The notes under the pieces are model-generated. The model was not told the DNA's origin and did not search any database. It saw only the letters and a list, made by a program, of their open reading frames with translations. Positions 33,033 to 42,752 of a stretch of 64,000 nt of DNA are shown here, in pieces. The position numbers and the translations under genes were made by a program. The stretch spans positions 12,940-76,939 of the forward strand of contig CAZHMM010000001.1 of assembly GCA_964533585.1 (NCBI GenBank), given 5' to 3'. The stretch comes from an uncultured Elioraea sp. (GTDB taxonomy: Bacteria > Pseudomonadota > Alphaproteobacteria > Acetobacterales > Acetobacteraceae). Positions within the stretch are counted from its first letter, which is position 1. The number at the start of each line of letters is the position of its first letter.

Positions 33033-36000
33033 ATGGATTCGCTCAGCGGTCACGCACCCATCACACTTGAAAGCCGGTTCGTCGATCTCGATGCGCCGGT
33101 GCTGCTCACGGGCATCCAGGCGCTGGTGCGCCTGCTGCTCGAACAGTCGCGGCTCGACCGGATGGCGGGGCTGCGCACGGCGGGGCTCGTCTCCGGCTAT
33201 CGTGGCTCTCCGCTGGGTGGGCTCGACAAGGAACTCTGGCACCAGCGCACGCTGCTCGACGCACACGACATCCGCTTCCAGCCCGGGCTCAACGAGGATC
33301 TCGGCGCCACCATGCTGTGGGGCGCGCAGATGGTGGACGTCTTCCCCGGCAAGCGGTTCGATGGCGTGTTCACGCTCTGGTACGGCAAGGGCCCGGGCGT
33401 CGATCGTTCGGGCGATGCGCTGCGCCACGTGAACTACTTCGGCACGGCGAAGCATGGCGGCGCGATCGCAGTGGCGGGCGACGACCATGCCGCGCAGTCC
33501 TCCGTCCTGCCGCACCAGACCGACCAGATCTTCGAGGCGGTGATGATCCCGGTGCTGAACCCGGCCGGGGTCGAGGAGGTGCTCTCGTTCGGCCTCACGG
33601 GCCTCGCGATGAGCCGGTTCTCCGGGCTCTGGGTCGGGCTGAAGACCATCGCCGAGACGGTCGAGGGGGCCGCGACCTTCATCGTTCCGGCATCACGCCG
33701 TTACGAGATCCCGACGGATGCTGCGATCCCGCCGCACGGGCTGAACCTCGACCCCACGCTGCGCTGGCCCGCGCAGCGCGCCGAGCTTGAACGCCGCGTG
33801 GTCGAGGAGCGGCTGCCCGCCGCGGTCGCCTTCGCGCGCGCCAATGCGCTCGACCGCGTGCTCTGGGGCCATCCGGACGCGCCGATCGGCATCGTCACCA
33901 CGGGCAAGGCGCATCTCGACGTGCTGCGCGCGCTCGATGATCTCGGTCTGCCGCCCGCGCGGGCGGCCGAGGCCGGTATCGCGCTCTACAAGGTGGCGAT
34001 GACCTGGCCGCTCGAGCGGGAGGGTCTGCTCCGCTTCGCCACCGGCAAGCGCGCGATCCTGGTCGTGGAGGAGAAGCGCAGCCTGGTCGAGTGGCAGGCG
34101 CGCGACGTGCTCTACAACGTGCCGGCGGACCGGCGACCGGCGATCGCCGGCAAGGTCGGGCTGAACGGCGCGAAGCTGCTGCCGGAGGCGGGCGAGTTCT
34201 CCCCGGCGATCGTCGCCGGTGCGCTGGCGCGCTTCCTCGGCACGCTCGGCATCACCGCCGCGCCGCCGGTGCTCGACCTGCCGCCGCCGGCGGAGCCACT
34301 GAAGCGCGCCCCGTTCTTCTGCGCTGGCTGCCCGCACAACACGTCGACTGCGGTGCCGGAGGGATCGCAGGCGCTCGGCGGGATCGGCTGCCACACGCTC
34401 GCCCTCGGCGAGATCGGCCGCGCCAAGACCGTGACGCATATGGGCGCCGAGGGTGTGACCTGGGTCGGGCTCGCGCCCTTCACCGAACTCCCGCACATGT
34501 TCGTCAACATGGGCGACGGCACGTATCAGCACTCCGGCGTGCTGGCGATCCGTCAGGCCGTGCTCGCCGGCACCACCATGACCTACAAGCTGCTCTACAA
34601 CTCCGCGGTGGCGATGACCGGTGGACAGCCGGTCGATGGCGGGCCGAGCGTCGCGCAGATCGCCACCCAGCTCGCTGCCGAAGGTGTCACCCGCATCGCC
34701 GTGCTCGCCGATGATGTCGCCCGGCTGCCCGCTGCCCGTGACCTTCCGCCCGGCACCGAGCGGCACGCACGTGGCGCGCTCGGCGACGTGCAGCGCCGGT
34801 TCCGCACCATGCCGGGCGTCACCGTCATCATCTACGACCAGATCTGCGCGACCGAGAAGCGGCGCAAGCGCAAGCGCGGCGCCATGGCCGTGCCGGACGT
34901 GTCGGTGGTGATCAACGAGCGCGTCTGCGAGAACTGCGGCGACTGCACCGTGCAGTCGAACTGCGTGGCGGTCGAGCCGGTCGAGACGCCCTATGGCCGC
35001 AAGCGCCGCATCTCGCCCTCGACCTGCAACACCGATCTCTCCTGCCTGAAGGGCTTCTGCCCGTCCTTCGTCACCGTCGGTGCGGCGCGCACGCCGCCCA
35101 AGCCGAGTGCCCGCATCCTGGAGATGGAGGCGGAATTCGCGCGCAACCTGCCGGCGCCGCTGCTTGGCACGCTGGGCGACCGCCCATGGCGGGCGCTGTT
35201 CGCCGGCGTCGGCGGCGGCGGCATCGTCACCACCGGGGCGATCGTCGCGATGGCAGCACATCTCGAGGGCCGGGCGGTGCGCACGCTCGACTTCACGGGG
35301 CTTGCGCAGAAGAACGGCGCGGTGGTCGGGCATGTGCAGGTGGCGCGCGACGAGGCTGTGCTCGATGTCGCGCGCGTGCCGGTGCGGGGGGCCGACCTGA
35401 TGCTTGCGGCCGACATGGCGGTCGCGGCGGGGCGCGATGTGCTGCCGCGCGTGAAGCATGACGCGGCCGTGATCGGCAATGGCACGCTCGCCGCGGTCGC
35501 CGCGCTGGTACGCGATCCCGACGTCGCGCTCGATTCGGCGTGGCACCGGGGCGCGATCGAGGCGGCGGTTCCCGAAGGGGTCGCGCTCTGGCTCGACGCC
35601 GCTCGCATCGCCGAGGTGCTGTTCGGCGAGGCGCAGGCGATGAACACGATCCTGCTGGGTGCTGCGTTCCAGCGCGGCCGCGTGCCGATGCGCGAGGCGA
35701 GCATCCTGCGCGCGGTCGAGCTGAACGGTGCGGCGGTCGAGGTGAACCGACGCGCGTTTCTCTGGGGCCGTGCGCTCGGCCACGACCCCAAGCTTGCCGA
35801 GGCGCTGCTCGTGACCCCGCGTGCGCCGGACTCGCTCGATGCGCTGATCGCCGAACGTGCGGCCGAACTGGCCCGATACCAGGATGATCGGCTCGCGGCG
35901 CGCTACCGCGCACTGGTCGAGCAGGCAGCGGCGCGCGAGGCCGAGATCGCCGGCAGTCCGGGCGGGTTCGCGCGCGCGGTCGCCGAGGGGTATTTCCACG

Positions 36001-36509
36001 TGCTCGCCTACAAGGACGAGTACGAGGTCGCGCGGCTGCTCACCGATGAGGCGTTCCTCGCCGGGCTGCGCGAGGGATTCGGGCCGGCGGCGCCGCTGAC
36101 CTTCCATCTCTCGCCGCCGATCCCGTTCCTCGGCCGCGACCCCGCCACCGGACGGCGGCGCAAGCTCGCGCTGCCGGGACACTGGATGCTGCCGCTGTTC
36201 CGCCTGCTGCGGCGGGGCAGGCGGCTGCGCGGCACGCTCGCCGATCCGTTCCGATGGCAGCAGGACCGCCGCATCGAGCGGGCGATGATCGCTGCCTTCG
36301 AGCAGGACGTCGCAGCAGCGCTCGCGCATCTCTCGCCCGCAACGCTGTCGACCGCAGTCGAACTCGTGCGCCTTCCCTTCGCCGTGCGTGGCTTCGGTCC
36401 GCTGAAGCGCGACAGCCACGCCCGGGCCGAGGCGCGGCGGGAGGAGTTGCGCGCCAGTCTGCGCTCCGTGCAACCCGCGCGTGTGGCGGAGTCCGTCGCG
36501 GCGCAGTAA
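33033..36509 (+). CDS. Indolepyruvate ferredoxin oxidoreductase family (fused alpha/beta)
   Basis: GYRGSPLGG, NEDLGAT, WYGKGPGVDRSGD, PFFCAGCPHN, GDGTYQHSG, CENCGDC, AYKDEYEVARL. Confidence 0.95.
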   Translation: MDSLSGHAPITLESRFVDLDAPVLLTGIQALVRLLLEQSRLDRMAGLRTAGLVSGYRGSPLGGLDKELWHQRTLLDAHDIRFQPGLNEDLGATMLWGAQMVDVFPGKRFDGVFTLWYGKGPGVDRSGDALRHVNYFGTAKHGGAIAVAGDDHAAQSSVLPHQTDQIFEAVMIPVLNPAGVEEVLSFGLTGLAMSRFSGLWVGLKTIAETVEGAATFIVPASRRYEIPTDAAIPPHGLNLDPTLRWPAQRAELERRVVEERLPAAVAFARANALDRVLWGHPDAPIGIVTTGKAHLDVLRALDDLGLPPARAAEAGIALYKVAMTWPLEREGLLRFATGKRAILVVEEKRSLVEWQARDVLYNVPADRRPAIAGKVGLNGAKLLPEAGEFSPAIVAGALARFLGTLGITAAPPVLDLPPPAEPLKRAPFFCAGCPHNTSTAVPEGSQALGGIGCHTLALGEIGRAKTVTHMGAEGVTWVGLAPFTELPHMFVNMGDGTYQHSGVLAIRQAVLAGTTMTYKLLYNSAVAMTGGQPVDGGPSVAQIATQLAAEGVTRIAVLADDVARLPAARDLPPGTERHARGALGDVQRRFRTMPGVTVIIYDQICATEKRRKRKRGAMAVPDVSVVINERVCENCGDCTVQSNCVAVEPVETPYGRKRRISPSTCNTDLSCLKGFCPSFVTVGAARTPPKPSARILEMEAEFARNLPAPLLGTLGDRPWRALFAGVGGGGIVTTGAIVAMAAHLEGRAVRTLDFTGLAQKNGAVVGHVQVARDEAVLDVARVPVRGADLMLAADMAVAAGRDVLPRVKHDAAVIGNGTLAAVAALVRDPDVALDSAWHRGAIEAAVPEGVALWLDAARIAEVLFGEAQAMNTILLGAAFQRGRVPMREASILRAVELNGAAVEVNRRAFLWGRALGHDPKLAEALLVTPRAPDSLDALIAERAAELARYQDDRLAARYRALVEQAAAREAEIAGSPGGFARAVAEGYFHVLAYKDEYEVARLLTDEAFLAGLREGFGPAAPLTFHLSPPIPFLGRDPATGRRRKLALPGHWMLPLFRLLRRGRRLRGTLADPFRWQQDRRIERAMIAAFEQDVAAALAHLSPATLSTAVELVRLPFAVRGFGPLKRDSHARAEARREELRASLRSVQPARVAESVAAQ

Positions 36510-36538
36510 GGCTTCGGCCGACACGGAGGACGCACCAA

Positions 36539-37684
36539 ATGCTGGACCGCACGCCGGCGGAGCTGGCCGAGACCCGCAGCCTGGTGGTGGAGACCGCGCG
36601 GGCCTTCGCGCGCGAGCAGCTCGCCCCCGGCGCTGCGGCCCGCGAGCGCGCCAAGGCGATCGAGCCGGAGATCATCGCAACCCTCGGCGAGCTTGGCTTT
36701 CTCGGCGCGACGGTCGATCCCGAATGGGGCGGGGCGGGCCTCGATACCCTGACCTATGCGATGGCGCTCGAGGAGATCGCCGCCGGCGACGGCGCGGTCT
36801 CGACGCTCGTCTCGGTGCACAACTCGCCGACCTGCCTGATCCTCGAACGCTTCGGCACCGAGGCGCAGAAGCAGCGCTTCCTGCGGCCGATGGCGAGCGG
36901 GGAGGCGGTCTCGTGCTTCGCGCTGACCGAGCCGCAGGCAGGCTCGGACGCCTCGGCGCTGCGCACCCGTGCGGTGCGCGACGGCGATCACTGGATGATC
37001 GACGGGGCCAAGCAGTTCATCAGCAATGGCCGCATCGCCAAGGTCTGCGTGCTGTTCGCGGTGACCGACCCGAAGGCGGGCAAGAAGGGCATCTCCTGCT
37101 TCGTCGTGCCCACTGACACGCCCGGCTTCAGGGTAGCGCGGGTCGAGGAGAAGCTCGGCCAGCATGCCTCCGACACCTGCGCGCTTGCCTTCGAGTCGAT
37201 GCGGGTGCCGGCGGATGCGTTGGTGGGCCCGGAGGGCGAGGGCTACCGGATCGCGCTCTCGACGCTCGAATCCGGGCGCATCGGCATCGCCGCGCAGAGC
37301 ATCGGCATGGCGCGCGCAGCCCTCGACTATGCGATCGCCTACGCCAAGGAGCGCATCGCCTTCGATCGGCCGCTGATCGAGCACCAGGCGGTGCAGTTCC
37401 GGCTGGTCCAGGCGCGCACGAAGCTCGAGGCCGCGCGCCAGCTCACCCATCTCGCCTGCCGGAGGAAGGACGCGGGCGAGCCCTCGCTCGAGCCTGCGTG
37501 CATGGCGAAGCTCTACGCCTCCGAGATCGCCGAGGAGGTCTGTTCGGTGGCGATCCAGACGCTCGGCGGCTACGGCTATCTGGCCGAGTACCCGGTCGAG
37601 CGGATCTACCGCGATGTCCGCGTCTGCCAGATCTACGAGGGCACCTCGGACGTGCAGAAGATCATTCTCGGCCGGATGCTCTGA
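36539..37684 (+). CDS. Acyl-CoA dehydrogenase
   Basis: CFALTEPQAGSDA, GAKQFISNG, LESGRIGIAAQ, QTLGGYGY..EYPVER.YRD.R..QIYEGT. Confidence 0.95.
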   Translation: MLDRTPAELAETRSLVVETARAFAREQLAPGAAARERAKAIEPEIIATLGELGFLGATVDPEWGGAGLDTLTYAMALEEIAAGDGAVSTLVSVHNSPTCLILERFGTEAQKQRFLRPMASGEAVSCFALTEPQAGSDASALRTRAVRDGDHWMIDGAKQFISNGRIAKVCVLFAVTDPKAGKKGISCFVVPTDTPGFRVARVEEKLGQHASDTCALAFESMRVPADALVGPEGEGYRIALSTLESGRIGIAAQSIGMARAALDYAIAYAKERIAFDRPLIEHQAVQFRLVQARTKLEAARQLTHLACRRKDAGEPSLEPACMAKLYASEIAEEVCSVAIQTLGGYGYLAEYPVERIYRDVRVCQIYEGTSDVQKIILGRML

Positions 37685-38576
37685 GCGCGAGCGCATAGAC
37701 CTCGCGCCGCGAACGGCCGCTGGCGGCGGCGACCTCGGCGGCGGCGTCGCGCACGCCGAGACCGCGCGTCAGTGCCGCGCGCAGCATCGCCTCGACCTCC
37801 GCATCGTCGGCCTGGGCGGCTCCTGATCCCGGACCCACCACGACAACGATCTCGCCGCGTGGTGCCTCGGCGCGGTAGCGCTGCACGAGCTCGCCCAGCG
37901 TGCCGCGCACCACCTCCTCGAACAGCTTGGTCAGTTCGCGCGCGACCGCGGCGGGCCGCGCCTCACCGAGCGCCGCGGCGAGATCGGCGAGTAGCGCGCC
38001 GAGTCGCTGCGGCGCCTCGAACAGTACGATCGTCGCCGCGAGCCCTGCTGCCTCCAAGCGCGCGATCTCGGCCATGCGGGCGCGCCGCGGCCCCGACTTG
38101 GGCGGCAGGAAGCCGAGGAACAGGAACGGCGCCGGCGGCAGGCCGGAGACTGCCAGCGCGGCGAGTGCCGCCGACGGCCCCGGCACGGCGGTGACGCGGT
38201 GTCCTGCCGCGATCGCCGCGCGCACGAGCCGATAGCCCGGGTCGGACACCAGCGGCGTGCCGGCATCCGAGACCAGCGCGAGCCGCTCGCCGGCGGCGAG
38301 ACGTGCGAGCAACCGCGGCGTGATCGCGTCTTCGTTGTGTTCGTGCAGGGCGATCAACGATGGCGCGAGTTCATGGCGGGCTGCCAGTTTCGCCGTCACG
38401 CGTGTATCCTCGCAGAGCACGGCGTCCGCTGCGGCGAGCACGGCGATGCCCCGCGCGGGCATGTCGCCGAGATTGCCGATCGGTGTCGCCACCAGCGTCA
38501 GCGTCCCCGGGGGGCCGGCAACGCCCTTCGCCTCGTCGGAAGGAGGGTGCATTGGAGAACGCTCGGACTCGGCCAT
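37662..38576 (-). CDS. rsmI: 16S rRNA (cytidine-1402-2'-O)-methyltransferase
   Basis: LVATPIGNLGD, LCEDTRVT, LVSDAGTPLVSDPG, FLGFLPPK, ARELTKLFEE. Start is ATG 38576 or 38552. Confidence 0.95.
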   Translation of the reverse strand: MAESERSPMHPPSDEAKGVAGPPGTLTLVATPIGNLGDMPARGIAVLAAADAVLCEDTRVTAKLAARHELAPSLIALHEHNEDAITPRLLARLAAGERLALVSDAGTPLVSDPGYRLVRAAIAAGHRVTAVPGPSAALAALAVSGLPPAPFLFLGFLPPKSGPRRARMAEIARLEAAGLAATIVLFEAPQRLGALLADLAAALGEARPAAVARELTKLFEEVVRGTLGELVQRYRAEAPRGEIVVVVGPGSGAAQADDAEVEAMLRAALTRGLGVRDAAAEVAAASGRSRREVYALALRASGRE

Positions 38577-39847
38577 GGACGATGCTTAGCATTGCGCTGG
38601 GTGCACTGGCGCTCGCCGCGTGTGCGGCGCAGCCGCCGACCCCGCGGCCGAGCCCTGGCATCGCCGCGCCCGTTGGGATCGGCATCGGGGCGATGCCGCG
38701 CCCGATGGTCGGGCCGGATGGCAAGATTCGCGCGGCACTGCTGCTGCCCCTTTCAGGTCCGCACGCCGCCGTCGGCGAGGCCATGCTGAACGGCGCGACG
38801 CTTGCGCTGTTCGACCAAGGCGCGGACCGGGTGGAACTGGTGCCGAAGGACACCGCAGGCGATCCGGCACGTGCGGCGGCTGCGGCACGCCAGGCGATCG
38901 ACGAGGGAGCGGCGATCGTGCTCGGGCCGCTTTTCGCGACCGAGACCGCGTCGGTCGCGCAGGTCGCGGCTGCGGCGCGCGTGCCGGTGCTGGCCTTCAC
39001 CACCGATCCTGCCCAGGCGCGGCCCGGCGTCTGGGTGGTCAATCTGCTGCCGGAGCCGCCGGTGCGCCGCGTGGTCGCCGCCGCCCGCGAAGCAGGCGCG
39101 ACTCGTTTCGCCGCCCTCGTGCCGGACGACGCGTATGGCCGTCTGGTGCTCCAGGCGTATCGCCGCGCCGTCGCCGATGTCGGCGGGGTGATGGTGCGCG
39201 AGGAGGTGTATGCCGGGACGAACCCGGATCCGGCGGTGCGCCGGCTTGCCAACTATGCTGGTCGGCGCGCGCCGATCGATGCGCAGATCCGCGCGGCCCG
39301 CGCGCTCGGCACGGCCGAGGGACGGCGCCGTGCGGCGCAGATCCAGCGCGAGGCGCGCATTCCGCCGCCCGATTTCGACGCGCTGCTGCTGGCCGATGGC
39401 GGGGAGCGTCTGCGCGCGGTCGCGGCCCTGCTGCCGTTCTACGACATCGACAATCCGCCCGTGCGCATCCTCGGCACGCCGCTGCTCGCCGCCATGGCCG
39501 ATGCCGGGCGTGAACCCGCCCTGATCGGCGCCTGGTACGCCGCTCCGGACGAGGCGCGGCGCGAGGCCTTCGAGGCTCGGTTCCGCGAGGCCTACGGCAC
39601 CGTGCCGCCGATCGTCGCCGGCGTGGCGTTCGACGCCGCCGCCATTGCCGTGGCCGTCGCCGGCGCGGGGCAGACGCCGTCCGGCGTCACGCTCACCCAG
39701 CCGGAAGGCTTCGTCGGCGCGCTCGGCATCGTGCGGCTGATGCCCGATGGCACCAACCAGCGCGGGCTCGCGCTGATGGCGGTGCAGCGCGACGGCGCCC
39801 AGGTCGTCGAGCCTGCACCGGAACGGTTCGACGACCGCATGTTCTAG
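38552..39847 (+). CDS. Penicillin-binding protein activator, LppC/LpoA-like lipoprotein
   Basis: AGGAGG (38541-38546) then TTG; lipobox LAAC; ALLLPLSGP, PKDT.G, VLGPLF, GALGI.RLMPDG.NQRGL. Confidence 0.88.
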   Translation: MENARTRPWTMLSIALGALALAACAAQPPTPRPSPGIAAPVGIGIGAMPRPMVGPDGKIRAALLLPLSGPHAAVGEAMLNGATLALFDQGADRVELVPKDTAGDPARAAAAARQAIDEGAAIVLGPLFATETASVAQVAAAARVPVLAFTTDPAQARPGVWVVNLLPEPPVRRVVAAAREAGATRFAALVPDDAYGRLVLQAYRRAVADVGGVMVREEVYAGTNPDPAVRRLANYAGRRAPIDAQIRAARALGTAEGRRRAAQIQREARIPPPDFDALLLADGGERLRAVAALLPFYDIDNPPVRILGTPLLAAMADAGREPALIGAWYAAPDEARREAFEARFREAYGTVPPIVAGVAFDAAAIAVAVAGAGQTPSGVTLTQPEGFVGALGIVRLMPDGTNQRGLALMAVQRDGAQVVEPAPERFDDRMF

Positions 39848-39850
39848 CCC

Positions 39851-41248
39851 GTGGCGCTGCCGTCCGAGGGGCCCGGCCGGCCGACCCTGCTCGTCGGCGG
39901 CACGGCGGCGGCGATCGCGGCCGCGCCGGCGGCCATCCTTGCCGCGCTGGCGGCCTCGGACGCGATCCTGCCTGCGACCGCGGGCTGGCTCGCCCTCGGC
40001 ATTGCCGCAGCAGGGCTGCTTCTAGGCCTGATCTGGTATCGCGACCTCGTGCGTCTGTCGCGCGCGCTCGATCGCGCCGAGGCGGGCCGGCCGCCCGACG
40101 ACCTGCCCCGCCTGCCGCCGCTCCGCCGCATCGCCGAGGCGGCGGATCGGCTCGCAAGCTCCATCCGGGCCCGCGCACAGGAGGTGGACACGCTCTCGCG
40201 CGCGGCCGTGCGGATCGTCGAGAGGCTGCCTGATCCGCTGATCGTGCTCGACCGTGAGGGAAGGCCGGTGACGCTCAACGCGGCGGCGCGCGAGGGCTTC
40301 ACGCCGCCTGGCGCGGCGTCGGCGGATCTGGGGGCGCTATTGCGCCATCCGGCGCTGCGCGCCGCGGTCGATCGCGCGGCCGGAGGCGAGGCGAGCGAGA
40401 GCGTCGCGGTGACGCTGCCGGTGCCGGTTGAACGCGAACTGGTGGTGCAGGTGATCGGTCTCGATCCGCCGCTGCCGGACGGCGGACGGGTTCTGCTGGT
40501 GCTCTCGGACCGCACGCGCGAGCGGCGCATCGAGCAGATGCGCGCCGATTTCATCGCCAACGCCAATCATGAGCTGCGCACGCCGCTCTCGAGCCTGATC
40601 GGCTTCATCGAGACGCTGCGCGGCCCGGCCGCCGACGATCGCGAGGCGCAGGCGCGCTTCCTCGGCATCATGGCTGAGCAGGCGCAGCGGATGAGCCGGC
40701 TGATCGAGGACATGCTCTCGCTCTCGCGCATCGAGATGAGCGAGCACATGCCGCCGAAGGGAACGACCGACCTCGTTGCACTGGTGCGGCGCACCGCCGA
40801 GGCGCTCGAGCCGCGCGTTGCGGCACGGCGAATGCGCATCGAGCTGGATCTCGCCGACGGGGTGCGCCCGACCCTTGCCGATCCGGACCAGCTTGCCCAG
40901 GTGATCGCGAACCTGCTCGACAATGCAATCAAGTACGGCCGCGACGGCGGGCGGGTCCGCGTCCGGCTTGCCCCGACCCCGCCGGCCGGGTCGCGTCCGG
41001 CCGGGATCGCGCTCGCCGTCAGCGATGACGGCCCAGGCATCCCGCGCCAGCACATCCCGCGCCTGACCGAGCGGTTCTACCGTGTCGATGCGGCGCGGTC
41101 GCGCGCGGTCGGGGGCACCGGGCTCGGACTTGCGATCGTCAAGCACATCCTGAACCGCCACCGCGGCAGCCTGGAGATCACGAGCGAGGAGGGCAAGGGC
41201 GCGACCTTCACCGTCTGGCTGCCGGCGGCCGCGCCCGAGCGCGCGTGA
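39851..41248 (+). CDS. PhoR-like sensor histidine kinase (TM-PAS-HisKA-HATPase)
   Basis: FIANANHELRTPL, NLLDNAIKY, DDGPGI, ERFYRVD..RSR..GGTGLGLAIVKHI. Confidence 0.9.
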   Translation: MALPSEGPGRPTLLVGGTAAAIAAAPAAILAALAASDAILPATAGWLALGIAAAGLLLGLIWYRDLVRLSRALDRAEAGRPPDDLPRLPPLRRIAEAADRLASSIRARAQEVDTLSRAAVRIVERLPDPLIVLDREGRPVTLNAAAREGFTPPGAASADLGALLRHPALRAAVDRAAGGEASESVAVTLPVPVERELVVQVIGLDPPLPDGGRVLLVLSDRTRERRIEQMRADFIANANHELRTPLSSLIGFIETLRGPAADDREAQARFLGIMAEQAQRMSRLIEDMLSLSRIEMSEHMPPKGTTDLVALVRRTAEALEPRVAARRMRIELDLADGVRPTLADPDQLAQVIANLLDNAIKYGRDGGRVRVRLAPTPPAGSRPAGIALAVSDDGPGIPRQHIPRLTERFYRVDAARSRAVGGTGLGLAIVKHILNRHRGSLEITSEEGKGATFTVWLPAAAPERA

Positions 41249-42367
41249 TCACGCAACGATCGCCTCCTCGGCGCGCCAGAGCTTCTCGCCGAGCGCGGCC
41301 GCGACGGCGGGGTGGGTGATCCGCCCCGCATGCGCGTTCAGCCCGGCGAGCAGGTGGCGGTCCTCGGCCATCGCGCGCCGCCAGCCCTTGCCGGCGAGCG
41401 CCAGCACGAAGGGCAGCGTGGCGTTGTTGAGCGCGGCGGCCGAGGTGCGCGCCACCGCGCCCGGCATGTTGGTGACGCAGTAGTGCACGATCCCGTCGGC
41501 GATGTAGGTCGGCTCGGCATGCGTGGTCGGGCGCGAGGTCTCGAAGCAGCCGCCCTGGTCGATCGCGACATCGACCATCACGCTGCCCGGCTTCATCTGT
41601 GCGACCGTCGCGCGGCTGACCAGCCTGGGTGCTGCGGCACCCGGCACCAGCACGGCGCCGATCACCAGATCGGCGCGCAGCACCTCACGCTCGATCGCGT
41701 CCATCGTCGCATAGACCGTCGCCACACTGCCGTTGAACTCCTGATCGAGCGCATCGAGCCGGCGGACGTTCTTGTCGAGCACGGTGACGCGCGCGCGCAT
41801 GCCCATCGCGATGCGCGCGGCGTTCGAGCCGACCACGCCGCCGCCGATGATGCAGACGCGGCCTGGCCGCACGCCCGGCACGCCGGCGAGGAGGATGCCG
41901 GCCCCGCCCGCCTCCTTTTCGAGGCAGCGCGCGCCGACCTGCACCGCCATCCGCCCCGCCACCTCGCTCATCGGCGCGAGCAGCGGCAGGCCACCGGCCG
42001 CGTCCGTCACCGTCTCGTAGGCGATCGCGGTGGTGCCTGACGCCATCAGCGCCCGGGCCTGCTCCGGATCGGGCGCGAGATGCAGATAGGTGAACAGCAC
42101 CTGGCCTGCGCGCAGCATCGCGCACTCGGCGGGCTGCGGCTCCTTCACTTTCACGATCAGCTCGGCCTCGGCGAACACCGACTCTGCGTCCGGTACGATC
42201 GTCGCACCGGCTGTGGCGTAGCTCTCGTCGGTGAAGCCGATCCCGGCGCCGGCGCCGGACTGGACCAGCACCGCATGCCCGTCATGGATCAGTTCGCGCA
42301 CGCTCGCCGGCACGAGGCCGACGCGGTACTCGTGGACCTTCACTTCCTTCGGGACGCCGATCTTCAC
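41249..42367 (-). CDS. ald: Alanine dehydrogenase
   Basis: [58 protein letters not shown]. Confidence 0.96.
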   Translation of the reverse strand: MKIGVPKEVKVHEYRVGLVPASVRELIHDGHAVLVQSGAGAGIGFTDESYATAGATIVPDAESVFAEAELIVKVKEPQPAECAMLRAGQVLFTYLHLAPDPEQARALMASGTTAIAYETVTDAAGGLPLLAPMSEVAGRMAVQVGARCLEKEAGGAGILLAGVPGVRPGRVCIIGGGVVGSNAARIAMGMRARVTVLDKNVRRLDALDQEFNGSVATVYATMDAIEREVLRADLVIGAVLVPGAAAPRLVSRATVAQMKPGSVMVDVAIDQGGCFETSRPTTHAEPTYIADGIVHYCVTNMPGAVARTSAAALNNATLPFVLALAGKGWRRAMAEDRHLLAGLNAHAGRITHPAVAAALGEKLWRAEEAIVA

Positions 42368-42383
42368 GCGCTTCCTCCGTTGC

Positions 42384-42752
42384 TCAGTTCTGCGCCGGCA
42401 GGAAGATGAATATCACGGCCGCGACCAGACAGACCGAGGCAGCGAGGTAGTTCCAGGTGAGCTGCTCCTTCAGGAACCAGACCGCGAAGCCAGCGAACAC
42501 CGTCATGGTGATCACCTCCTGCATCACCTTGAGCTGCTGGGCGGTGTAGGTGCCGAAGCCGATGCGGTTCGCCGGCACGGCGAGGCAGTACTCGAAGAAG
42601 GCGATCCCCCAGGAGACGACGATCGCCAGCCCGACGCCCCAGTGCGGCTGCTTCAGGTGGCCGTACCAGGCGAAGATCATCAGCACGTTGGACAGCAGCA
42701 GCAGCACCGGCGGCAGCACCCAGGCGAGCCAAGGCGCAGGCATCGGGATCAT
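42384..42752 (-). CDS. DMT-family small membrane protein (DUF486-like)
   Basis: SNVLMIFAWYGHLK, SWGIAFFEYCL.VPANRIG, QLKVMQEVIT. Confidence 0.9.
   Translation of the reverse strand: MIPMPAPWLAWVLPPVLLLLSNVLMIFAWYGHLKQPHWGVGLAIVVSWGIAFFEYCLAVPANRIGFGTYTAQQLKVMQEVITMTVFAGFAVWFLKEQLTWNYLAASVCLVAAVIFIFLPAQN

Noticed and set aside
37662-37684. Convergent 3' overlaps (ACAD/rsmI 23 nt; also 16108-16111 and 27673-27676)
   Set aside because: Ordinary in compact GC-rich genomes.
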